Under the pieces are notes generated by a model. That model did not search any database, was not told where the DNA came from, and was given only the letters and a program-made list of their open reading frames with translations. A program made the translations under genes and the position numbers. Positions 51,882 through 64,000 of a DNA stretch of 64,000 nucleotides are shown here, one piece after another. Position 1 is the first letter of the stretch. Each line of letters begins with the position of its first letter. Source of the stretch: Mizuhopecten yessoensis (Eukaryota); assembly GCF_002113885.1 (NCBI RefSeq), contig NW_018408629.1, positions 2,251,971 through 2,315,970 of the forward strand. Direction: 5' to 3'.

Positions 51882-54800
51882 CAAATAAGTACAATTGATC
51901 AATCCAACACTTCGTGGTTACTAAAACGTTGAATGTAGGAAAAAAGTTGGGTTCATTGTAAATTGTTTCCAAATTACATTCATGCAGGATCAGAAAACAT
52001 ATTGCTTAGAATGTTGATACAGAATTGTTACAATTCTGTTGGAAGATGGATAATATAGACCGACTTAAATGATTAGACTGATAAATAACTCAATGTTGTA
52101 ATAAATATTTATGAGTATGTATGAATTATTTAATTTATTAATAGCAACTGAACAATTTAAGATTTTGTTCAAAGAGTTGATATTCTATAAAAACTCATCA
52201 TGGGCAGATACACCTTGCTATTGTAACTTCACAAGAGGCTTAAGTTCGTGATTCGATGGGCTGTTCAGGCGAATTAATTGACACTTATATAAATATTTCG
52301 TGATTGACAAAATATGTTTTTGCATAACTTCTCATAAGATCCGACTCCAGCGACCGGAAGAGCTGGTAATTCTAAAGTACGATAATGGCAACTACCATGT
52401 ATTGACTTGATGTCTAATGTTCGTGCTAATAACTACTAACATTAATAATTAATGATTTCGTTCTGTCTCAGATGTTGCAATGCTTGATGTATACGCCCAC
52501 AACTTCTTAATTGCTATCGTGAAATTCATATAAACAGTAAAATCGTCATAGACCCATCTTGCATTTTGGAAGGCCATTTATCATTCAATGGTAATTTAGC
52601 TTCTTTCGGTACCTCCATTGGTGATTAAGGAATCCCTTTGACTATTCAGTGTCAATAAAATATGTTTAAAATTAAATCAATCGATTGGTGTTGAAAAGGC
52701 CATATTTTTTGCACGAATTAGTAGTGTTTTTGTAGATTATTCCAGAAACAAATTCAATTTGTGAATGCTGACCGAAGTTAGTTATGATTTTATTCTTGTA
52801 TCACTCCTGTCTTCAACTTTTATATTACTATTGAGTTAAAAAAGGTTATGTATAAAACATTCAACAACAACAACAACTCCATCCCCAAATAAAAAACCCA
52901 ACAAAAACAAACAAAAACAAAAACGGAAAGATGAACCCAAATCTTTGTAATGAAACACCATGAACCGTCTGTTGATTTCTTACAATCTAATTGTTAATGA
53001 TATTAATTGTTTTAAGTCTGGATCTGGTATTTGTACCGAGATTGCTTATGTATAGGGTTTTTATGCTTCTACCACCTGTTTATTTATAGACAGTGCTTGT
53101 ACAGTTCAAGTTTGATTTCCTACGAAATATATCAACGAATCTGTAAGACCTCAAGCCACCCAAAGGACGATTTTGTATTTATTGTCGCATTTCAGCTATC
53201 CTATGATATATGTTTGACTGTTAAGTTTCAACAAACTAACCAAAGATGGTATAATCACCCAATTGTTCAACATTTTGATAAGTTATATTTTAACTCTAAA
53301 TTAAACATGAAAATTCAGATTTGTAATTTTGATAAATTGCGCTTTTACTCAAAATTTTCAAAATGGTAATGGAAGCGACGTTAACTAAATGTAGTGTAAG
53401 GCATGAGGGCCGGTGTTCATAATGACATGTCTATCTCTTTATCAACCTAAAGGAATGCTATGAAGTGACATATTACATATCATCTATATACTAAGATCAT
53501 GTAGCGCTTATTTTCTGTTAATAGCCTTGGAGATAGAAACTGGCTTCAAACCAAGATGGTTTCGGCTTTGTAAACCGGCAAAATTCAGTGTGAAATAAAT
53601 GCTCTGTTAAAATATTGTATCGGTACAGCACATGTACTTTACAACAAAGAGCCTTGTGACCGTAATAAATAAGATAACCTATACCGTGTCCTTTTTGTAA
53701 CATTCAGTGTTACAAGCTAGGCATGCTTTAACATTATAACCGTTATGTTAAACAGAATGTTATGTGGTACATTATTTTAAGTTCATCGTAAGTGCTTATG
53801 TCATTTTCCTGTGTGTAAACTGTTTATTACTGCCTGTTGCCCAATTCCTTTGTATCTAAAATCTTAACAATAAATATTCTGAAATGAAAATCTTAAGTTC
53901 AATTCATTTAGCATTCCTATTCTTATCCACAGTTTATTATGATTTAAGTTGTTATTGCATTGCCACGTCCATCTTGATTTGAGACCGGTATGCCTCTACA
54001 GAGCTTGTAAAAAAGAAATTAAGCTCCACATTTTTAAGAATATCATCTTGTATCATTCAGTTGGTTCTCAAAATCCATTGCTATGTCCTTAATGCTGGTG
54101 AACTATTTTTTTGTGAAGATATCAGCTTTAATGCTTTTATTATTGTCTACGTTATTGACGATAAGTACCATTTTAGTAACTATGGTGAAAAGTCAATGTA
54201 TCAAAATTGAATACCTGACTTGTAGTATTTGTGACTTATAACGGGGTTTAGGGTGAATATACTATATGTTAGGGCTTCTTGGACATGAAGGGAAAAGTCA
54301 TTCCCTCGACGTCAAGATTACATATTGTTAAACTCAGCTGCCATTGTGGTCAGCTTTGCCATTGTGGTCAGCTTCTACATCGCGTGTATATTTTGGGGAT
54401 CTTGTTCTAGACCCTCTTTGCAGCATGAATCGATACTCCACTGAAAAAGAAACGCATAAAGAAATGTTTCGATACAGCTACTTCTCATCTATAACACACA
54501 CACATCGCCAGCTTCGATCTATTTGTGGTCTTTGAATCCTGTCACCAGCAGAGAGCCAATCGAATCCGGCGATTGATGAAATTGGCATCCCTGTTATTAT
54601 TCGGTTCGACCTTATAATTAAGGACGGGGCCAGTTATTCTTCTCTTTTTTGGCGTCCCTTCGTATTATATGGTCTGCCACGAACATTCAAACTATATAGT
54701 TGTTAATTATCATAGACTTCATATTATAAGTATATTTTATCATTTCCTGGACCATAACACAGCGAAAGACATCTCTTTCAGATGAATTCTGTGGAAACCT

Positions 54801-55355
54801 ACCCTTGCTAACAATAGAATTAATCATTCTTATGACGTGGGAATGAGTCTCTTCAGGAAATAGAATTAGCACAACCGAATCTATAATTAATGGCTATGTT
54901 TATGTATATGACTCTGGTTATGAGATATGAACAATATATATTGATGTTTTTCACAACATGAATCTCATAACTTGACGGGACTCCAATATGTATTCATTAG
55001 CATCGGCAAGTGCGATTATCGATGACAGTTTACCTTAACGTAATATCGACAGTGAATAACATCGCTCTAGAATTCATTATAGAAGTATGAGGCGTGTTTC
55101 AATAGAAAGTAGTATTGTGACGTCATCATGTGATAACTGACTAACTGGAAGTGAGAAAGACTCCGAAAATGGACTGGTTGAACGAAAAACTCAGCCAAAG
55201 TATCGGTTGCTGATGTACTTTCCTGCATGAAACAGACATTGTGTGTGGTATCTCTCCAGAATACAATGCTCAATTTGTCTTTTCTTTATGTCAGTTTATA
55301 GTGACTTTTTGGTGTCACCTTTGGTGCTGTTGCTGTCATTTCTTGTTGCCTTTAA

Positions 55356-55438
55356 CCCTTACACCACTGTAGACCATACTGGACTCATCCAAATAAATAC
55401 AAGGTAGAGTCTATTAAAGTTACCTAGGGTTGAAAGGG
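55356..55438. mobile_element. 83-bp TTAA-flanked mini-transposon (piggyBac-like ends)
   Basis: TTAA|CCCTTACACC...GGTTGAAAGGG|TTAA; a related truncated copy lies at 6851. Confidence 0.75.
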
Positions 55439-58400
55439 TTAATCGAGACCCGATGTTGTCCTTGTACGTATACGAAACATCATCGAAATTCCATTGGTTA
55501 CGCTGACTTACGTTCTCTGCACTCCTGGAACATGGCATGGAAACATCGATAGCACACGGTTAGTTGTTTGACTGGTTTTATGTAAAAAAAAACACCTCAC
55601 TAATCGCTATGCTTATACCTAGCCGTTTTAAGATTTCAAAGAGCGACATCCGACGTCAAAGCAAGTCAATTTTAACGTTATGGTGCCGCGCGATTCTGTT
55701 GATGTACAAAACAAAGTATCAAACTTGTCTTTTGGAAGCATTCACAAGGTAATGATTACATAACCATCGATTACATCATGACATATTCCAGGAGTGCAGT
55801 GAACATGAGAGTGCTTAACACCTGAGTTTTAAAAAACAATGGTAATTAGTTGGTTTTGGGCTGATGAACTGCTATGTAATGTAGCAATATGGTAAATCGA
55901 CTCATTTTGTCGGAAAACTGTACACAATTCTACTTGATAATGAATGAGTTTATAGACGGCCATATTGAAAAAACAAATTAAGTATTAAATTTCGTCAATA
56001 TTACTAGGTGATAAATATTTTGTCATTTTGGGATGTATACTTTCACGTTTTACTATTTTTTCATGAATATATACCAACTATGATCAGGATATACGAAATT
56101 AGTCATTAGTTGTATATATCAGTCATTAATAATACACATCACACTCATACCACATAACACTAAGCAGTAAATACCGTTTGTACTCTTTTTGATTCATCAG
56201 TTCCTGTGTGATCTTTCCATACCAATTTTGTCCCCGCGTGTTGACGCGGTTGTACATTGTTTATACGAACGTTACCCTTTTATAATAAGTCCGTTTTTCC
56301 AAATAGCGATGTCTTCAATTACACTTGATGTAGGATCAGACACAACTAATCTCCACTTTATATAGGAATATAATATGAGTTGAAGCCACTACAGACCGTC
56401 TATGAATCATGTAACATGGCCTTAACAGATTTCAAATAAGGCTATCCATTTCATATTTATATCAGTTTGTATTGCGTGCTAGACTTAACACTGAGCTTTA
56501 AATCAATAGCAATTACTATGAATATAATTGGACATAACATTGGATTTGATTTCAGAACAACAATTCACATTTTGTTTTGAATAAGTGTTGAAAACGATTA
56601 ATCATCTGTTGCTTTGATTACAGGTTGTTTAATGCAAATGGGCATACATCTTTATGCTACATTCCTAAAATGAGTTTTAATATACATGCATATAAGGACT
56701 ATGTTGTTCTAAAACGTATTTTAACGGATCGTAACATATATTCAACATACGGCTATTAAGACATTATTTCCATTTATTTTCAGTTTTTTTTCACATTTTG
56801 ACATTTCTTGTAATGTATTAAAAGCGGAATATCTAACAAAAGAACAATCGCATATACTGAGAGCAATGAAATTTCATTGTTTATTCATTCGCTTCAAAAT
56901 CTATCCCAACTGCACATGACATGAAATCGCACAGGAATACTTTCAAATGCTAGAATTCGCAGTCTTTCGTTTACACCCAGGAGTAAAAACTCAGTTAGGG
57001 GAATGAATAAAAAACCCACTTGGAATGATATAATGAAACCCCTGTAGACTTATTATTCCATTCTAAGATGGCCAGCAGACAGACATCTTAAATTTCAAAA
57101 GTTAAAGTGGTTTAGCTCTTTTCTCAGAAAATTTCACGTGAAGGTTTCCCATAGTTGAGTATATTTAATCTTCGGACTGATTGTGAAACCAAGATGGCCG
57201 ACAGCTGATCATCAAATAGGAGATAAGATTGTTGTCACTATTTCTCAGACATTAGTTCAGGGCTCTTTCTCAAACTTCATCTTTAGGTTTCCCGTGGTTG
57301 GTCGTTGTGCACATTTCATTTTGATTAGCAAAATAAGATGGCCACCAGACATCTTTATTTTCGACAGTTCTAGTTTGTGTTTATTTCCCAAGACGTAATT
57401 GACAGGTCTTCCATAATATCAAATGTAGGTTTCCCTTGTTATGCATTAAACGCTGGGCTAGTAAATTGGCCAAAAGACATTCTCACGTTGAAAGAACAGT
57501 GTATATATATAAACACAGGACACGATATTGTTGCTGCGCCTCATCGTGCTCTGTTATATTTTTGTGTAATCTAAAGAACAAAGGGTTGACGGCTTTTAAT
57601 GATGGAGAACTATGTCATTGTATATAAATTGAGATATGTAGGTGTATTCGTTGGACTAGTGGCTTACGTTATCTGCATTTAAAAAATATGAGATTGGTAC
57701 AAGAATGATGACTATAAACACATTACGTGAAGAAATATGAAATGTCATACATATTTTGCTGGCTACAATTGAATTGAGAAAGGAATGTCAAGCAATGTTT
57801 GACAATAAAAAGAAGGATGATCATTGAAAAAGAGCACACATGTGAAATGATAATAGCATTTGTATGAACAAAAATATCGACATTATGATTTTTATCTAAA
57901 GATCTGAACATATTAGCCGAAGCAGACAGACGTTTAACTGGCTTTTATAGCACTTCGATCCTAATAATTTCTATATAGGAAACAATATTTTTGAAAATAT
58001 ATATGTTTTCAATCCGGACAAACAAAACCCCTCACATGTATGCAGACAAACACCCGTTGTAGACATGTATGTATATGTATCAATGGAAAGTTTATTTCTG
58101 ACTAACACAATGGTGTTTGTGTTTTATTATATTGATAAAGGCTAATAAAATTATAGGGCAAATGTTTTCAGCTGACATTCATACTATTTTTCTTTCATGA
58201 AGTGATTTATTCGCTCAATCAATATTTATTAGCGGTATTGCCAACAACCTAGATAGCCACTGCATAATATGAGCGGAGGATAATTGACCTTCTCTGTCAT
58301 GTTACATGATATCATATGAGGTGATTTAATTTAGTGCTCCCGGCGAAGTTGGTTGCCCTCTTCATAAACTGTTTACTGGTGGACATTAAAAATACAAAGC

Positions 58401-58926
58401 TGATCTGCTACACCTAGTTACACACGATGTCGTTATCTTTCTCTCTCTCTCTCTCTCTCTTTTTCCAGATAAAGAAATATGTGTACCATTTTAATCTATT
58501 CATTTAAAAGTCCAATACGGTTTCTATAGAAGCATATACAATAGAAAGACACATTTGTGCTAATGTTACAGTTCTAGCACAGAATTCATAAAAGATTTAA
58601 ACTAAAGTCAAAATGAATGTTTAAGATTTTTCAAGTCCAAATCACAATGTAATTTTGCATAGAAGCACATAAATGTATTGTAAATCTGAATTGCTGAGCT
58701 ACATGTGTACTGAGGAGAAATACCAAGGGAAATAGTTATTTTTCGACATCTGAATGTTTTAGTTAAGATTCAACAACAAGTAATAAGTAACCCCTTATTT
58801 CAACTGTCCCTAAAGTCATATTTAAAGACCTGGTTAAATATTTAATAGAAGATATTTAACTTGCATATATCTAACTGGGATATATTAAACTTGTACTTAT
58901 ACTTATTTAAATGGTACATAACGGCA

Positions 58927-59116
58927 TATTCCGTCTTTGCATATTGCAGAGTTATCTTCTCTTGAGAACAGGTATTGATTGTTACGTCACTTATTTAAGA
59001 GAGGAACGTCATCAATTTTTGTGAAAACGACGTAATTTTCTCACCCAAACCAATGACGTAACAATCAATACCTGCTCCCTAGAGAAGATAACTCTGCAAT
59101 ACGCAAAGACGGAATA
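58927..59116. mobile_element. 190-bp palindromic TA-flanked MITE
   Basis: Same family as 42236-42425; ~480 bp upstream of the main neuropeptide exon. Confidence 0.92.
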
Positions 59117-59594
59117 CTGAGTCTATGATAAGGCATTGCAATTAATTTCTTCAAAAAATAGATCATCGGCATTATAACATGGGAATCTCTTTCGCAACCC
59201 ATTTGGTTACGAAGTGACATTTGTTTAAATAATTAAAGTTGAAGCTCAGTACATCAAAATTGCATTTATGAATTCCAATGCTTAAGTGGGTTTTTTAATT
59301 CGTTTTGTAACTCATCATTGGTTATAGTGACCATATCATCTTTAAGGGAGCTTGTTGAGCCTTAAGTTTAAGACATTTAAATGATCCTTGGGACTTTTTT
59401 TATAAATACTACACTTCAATTCAGTTCATATCTCTAAAACAGATTAACATTTTTTTTTAAAAAATGATCAAGTATTAGTAAAGGTACATGTTAGTTAGTT
59501 TGATGTAAGTTTGTATTTCATTATTATATCATATTTTACTTCAATTCGTTCTGCGATCAAAAGTTTCATTTTCTCTATATGATTGTTTTTGCAG

Positions 59595-61369
59595 CTTCAA
59601 TATATTACGAAGATAACAGAGAACATATACTGGACCAGGGTGTCGAAGAACCAGGAAGTTCAGACGGAGTTGTAGACGACGGACCATACAGTTTCAAAGA
59701 ACGTCCAGAAAAAGATGAAGGCCTTACCTATGCACCCCGCTATTATGCTCAATTTCCGGTTGACGATATGGAACAACCGGTTGTGATTGGAGGAAAAGGT
59801 TACACATTTGGTAGGCGTCCAAATGTATACGGAGGATATGGACTTGGCAAACAAAACGGACAACAAGACGAGTATATTTTAGACGATGGTGAACCCTTAT
59901 ATAACTTCAACGACCGTGGCAATAAAATGGCGACTAACAAGAGATACTTTGTGTTTAGAGGAGGGAGACATCAGCTTGGGAAGAGACCATTTGTTTTTGG
60001 AAGTGGTGGATACTTTGGGAAAAGAGACGACGACGACGATACTGACGATAACAAAGCTACAGTAAATAAACGGCCATTTGTGATGAGGGGCGGTTACAAC
60101 TTTGGAAAAAGGGATTCCGGTGAACCTGGAGAAACGCTACTGAAGCGACCATTTGTCTTAAGCGGTGGCTATAATTTCGGAAAACGTGACAACGATGAGG
60201 ACCGTGTACAAAAGCGACCGCTTGTTCTAGGTGGAGGTTACAAGATCGGTAAACGGCCTTTCATATTAGGAGGTGGTTATAAGTTTGGAAAACGCAACAT
60301 TGACGACGGGGAACAAATTAACACGATCAAAAGATTATTCGTCTTAGGAGGAGGGTATAAATTTGGCAAAGGACCATTTGCATTTGGTAGTGGATACAAA
60401 TTTGGTAAAAGAGAAGTTGGGGATGACGATGTACAAAAACGACCATTTATTCTAGGAAGTGGCTACGATTTTGGTAAACGGTTCTTTGCTATGCGCGAGG
60501 GACATATTTTTGCAAAACGTGACATGAAGAATGATGAAGGCAATGAAATAGAGAAAAGGCCGTTTGTTTTAGGAGGAAGATACAAATTTGGGAAACGTCC
60601 ATTTGTCTTTGGAAGCGGATATAAATTTGGAAAGCGTGGCATGGGCGAGTTTGAAGACGATGAAGAAATTGAAAAGCGGCCATTTGTTCTTGGAAGTGGT
60701 TATAACATTGGGAAACGTCCATTTGTTATGCGAGGTGGTTACAATTTCGGCAAACGTGGTCTAGATAATGAAGGTGACATAGTGGAAAAACGACCATTTG
60801 TGTTTGGAAGCGGCTACAAATTTGGAAAACGTCCATTTGTACTTGGAAGTGGCTATCAATTTGGTAAACGAGCAGATCCGGAAACAGAAATTGAAAAAAG
60901 ACCGTTTGTGTTGAGTGGGGGGTACAAATTTGGAAAACGTCCATTTGTGCTAGGAGGCGGATACAAATTTGGCAAACGCGCTGACATGGCCAAAGAAGTC
61001 GAAAAACGTCCCTTTGTGTTAGGTGGCGGGTATAAATTCGGGAAACGACCATTTGTTTTAGGAGGCGGATATAAGTTTGGAAAGCGTGATAACCAAATGC
61101 ATACATCTGCAGGAGAATCTCTATCAGAAGGCGGTAATACAGGCTTGGACACCATAGAGGAAATTACAAAACGTCTATTAGCATCCAATTACAACTTTGA
61201 AAAACGCCCATTTACGTCTAGTAATTCATTCAAACTTGGTAAGCGCGATCCCGAGATAACAGACTTCGAGGCAGAAACTACCAATGACGAACTGCACAAG
61301 GCGGATAACAGCAATGATCTCAGCCAACATCCTACCGTAAATAAGAGAAGTACCATACTGAAGGGTTAG
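59595..61369 (+). CDS. Main exon of a multi-copy amidated neuropeptide precursor (PFVx7amide type, e.g. PFVLGGGYKF-NH2)
   Basis: tttttgcag| acceptor; 591 codons to TAG; about 20 KR-[P/L/F/Y]F[V/I/A]xxGYxF-G-KR units separated by acidic spacers. Synonymous codon variation between identical peptides indicates a real coding sequence. Confidence 0.95.
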
Positions 61370-63638
61370 AGCTTGATCGAGGTTATTCCGACACACATAA
61401 ATCCCGCATTCAAAAGAGATCTCTTCTCGGCGATTGGTAAAAAATGTAACGTTTTTGCATTTCAACTTCCGGAAACAGAATATTCTATAAATTAAAAAAA
61501 AAAAAATGAAAATATGTGATGTTGCAAACTGTCTTTCTTTCAAAAAGTAGGAAACAAATAAAAAACGAAAACAGTTTGAGAAACGGCGAGCCGCCATTGA
61601 TGTGTTTCTTGTCTATTTCTGGAGAAAATAGATATTGAATGATTTACCGTGCCACTTTGACATCATACGTAACGTCAATAAATGCACGTGAGCGTATTCC
61701 TGGTGAAAAAATAGGTCATATTACTGAGCCGATTGTAAATGGACAGACATAGTATATACGTTAATCTCGCAGACTGTTATGTTAGTGCTTCAACAGACAA
61801 GGAAACGTCCCACGCCCACGAATTCAAAGCTGATGAAAAGAACAGACTGGCCGTCAGATATCTTTGTGTCTTTCGTGTGTGTATGTGTATGTTTCCAGAC
61901 AATGTTCAAAGATGTTGTAGTCAGCTATTATACATTTGTCGACGTAGACGAACGATAAATTGATGAGACGATGCTGACTCATATGCTATCAGTTTGTTTA
62001 GCGAGGTTGGAACCGTAAAACTAATTAATAAGATTTTGTCATTTTTGGAATTGATAGTGAGAAATTTCATTACTGTAAAAGTATCTGTAATAAAATTTCA
62101 TTTTGGATTGAAAACATAATAAGTATCATAGTTCAAAGGATCTTTTATCATGTAATGTTAAAAGTAAAGCATGCATCTTAAAATGTGTAAACGCAAAAAG
62201 GCGTCTTATTTCAATAGTATAGCATTTCATTTCAAAGAAACATTCAAACATGTAAAGACGGGAAAGACTTTTGGTGAATTATACCTACACAGTGATGGGG
62301 GTGGGTGGCACTTTATTTTTTCTAATTTCCGATCAATCGTTTTCGTGTCAGTATTGCACTGTTCATGCAGCTCATAAGTGTTCATTGGTACCTTCCATGT
62401 CTGGTAAATCATTTAGACTTGCTAAGCACGATGATTATCATGTGTTCATTGGTACCATAGATCTTCGCAAACTCTTTAGCAGATGAGCTATTAAATCCTC
62501 TACCTAGGGGATTTACTATCAGCCACAGACAGTAAGAAACTTTGAACAAAGAAATGTTCATAGGTGTATGGCAGTCGTGTACACTCCGTAAAGTGAATAT
62601 TCTATAAACTCCTTCTTTGGTTAAACATTATGGTAAAACAACTGTTTATTTGTGTAAATCCTAGCTACAAGATTAATCAGGCATTCAATGAGGTTAGTCA
62701 AATACTTTTTTAGAGTCGACTGACGTCTTTTCCGACGTCTATAGAAAATCCTGAACAGAAATTGTTATACGCATTAAGCACTTGGATGCTTTGCTATTTT
62801 TTGTTCCAGATGATGAAAATTCAGATAAGTTATAGTCTATCCTATAAAATAGTTTAATTCATCTTTGTTAAAATTTACAGCCTGATTATTTTGTCAAGTT
62901 ACCTTCTTTCGTATATATATATATTTTTGGCATTTTTCATTAAATGTGGGACTGCTAGTTAATGTGCAAAGTGAATGCTGCCGTGTGCACAGTATATTCC
63001 GGGAAAGGTTATATTGTACATTTTATTAATAGGTAAAGGTTAAGTGTTTATTGACTTTAGTCCATGTTGTTATTTGTTGTTTGGATAATTTCAAATAGTT
63101 CTTGTTTATGTGCTTGTGGATATTTTTTTTTTTTATGTTTTCGTGATTTTATCACAAGTATAAGTGAATATTTCGAACTTTTATGTTTTCAGTGTTGAAA
63201 GGCGTTTCTCCGAAAGGACCAACACTGTCTGGAAAAACTGTTGACAAGTATGCATTATGATAGTTTAAGGTTTGGTTGTTATCCCATGAAAACATCGCCA
63301 TGGCAATCATACGAGTCGACTCTGTAATAACTCTGATACTCGTTAAATAAATTATTTAATTATTAAATTATTAAAAAGTATTCAATTTTGATCATTTAGA
63401 TATGGTATTTGAACTTTAAAGCTAAAAGTGCATCGCATTGTCAACGGAAACAGTGTTTCGTAATTTCAAAATATTTTCTCCCTTGTTGAGTTCGTAATAC
63501 TATATTGAGTACTTTGAGTATCCCCTTGATAGGGAAACACATATCAATTATAAAATTTTGTCTTAGATATGCTAGTAGTGCTTTGATAAATTATTGTATT
63601 TTTCCAAAATATGTCTTTGTTTTCGTTAACATGAAATG

Positions 63639-63644
63639 AATAAA
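63639..63644 (+). terminator. Candidate distal polyadenylation signal of the neuropeptide gene
   Basis: AATAAA followed by a GT-rich tract; more proximal AATAAA signals at ~61557 and ~62089. Confidence 0.35.
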
Positions 63645-64000
63645 TTGATATCTTGTCAATCTGTGTTTTGTAGTTCATTACAGAATATAGCTGTTTTAAA
63701 TGAAACTGTTATATAGAGGCTAATGGTATGTCCTATATCTTAAAACCATAACAACCTTGATCTGCCCTATTGAAATTTAGTGCTTGAACACGGCATACGG
63801 GAAATATTGTTTCAAAAAGGAAGTAAAAACAAGAGTACCACGGGTCGGGACAATGTACGCCCGTCGTTATGTACTTTCTTACATTGAAATAAGATCTCCA
63901 TCATTCTAAGAGTGGTTAGCTGACATGCTATGTAAATTGTAGGATCACGAATACTCATGATCCATTCAGTAGTTCACGAGAAGTAGCGGTAACAGGCTAA

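Noticed and set aside
50201-51972. Long Cys-rich ORFs (CITCV, LYYLC, VFVLP; up to 557 aa) resembling metallothionein or keratin-associated proteins
   Set aside because: All frames are open because the 13/15-bp repeat lacks stops on that strand; units shift frame freely and lie in an intron.
55278-55405. Alternative signal-peptide-like frame MSVYSDFLVSPLVLLLSFLVA
   Set aside because: Runs into a mini-transposon and a stop; no phase-1 donor.
59579-59594. ATG at 59579 as the precursor start
   Set aside because: It lies in the acceptor's pyrimidine tract and gives no signal peptide; the exon at 42588 fits better.
60489-61188. - strand ORFs overlapping the neuropeptide exon
   Set aside because: Antisense shadows of the repetitive coding sequence.

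Overview
AT-rich, intron- and repeat-rich animal genomic DNA. The SINE, HINE and MITE repertoire and the neuropeptide type suggest a bivalve mollusc, possibly a scallop (inference). Two genes are supported. (1) The 3' half of GPN3 (GPN-loop GTPase 3; + strand exons 527-767, 1220-1319, 2350-2478 and probably 7287-7340). Its last intron holds a decayed DIRS-type retrotransposon, and its terminal splice acceptor has been multiplied by a 21-bp tandem repeat. (2) A ~40-kb multi-copy neuropeptide gene on the + strand: a probable non-coding exon 1 near 23.7 kb, a signal-peptide exon at 42588-42653 that the ORF track misses, and a large exon at 59595-61369. Together these give a ~608-aa precursor with ~20 KR-flanked PFVLGGGYKF-amide-type decapeptides (PFVx7amide type) plus divergent peptides. 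Between the genes are a possible decayed Thr/Val/Ser/Pro-rich gene (- strand, head-to-head with the neuropeptide promoter), a miniature LTR element with tRNA-like LTRs, SINEs, several MITE families, a HINE, LINE/Penelope fragments and many minisatellites. Most long ORFs in the track (24.5-26.6 kb, 50.2-52 kb, and at least in part 21.5-23 kb) come from tandem repeats. All calls are from reading the sequence by eye; no searches were run.
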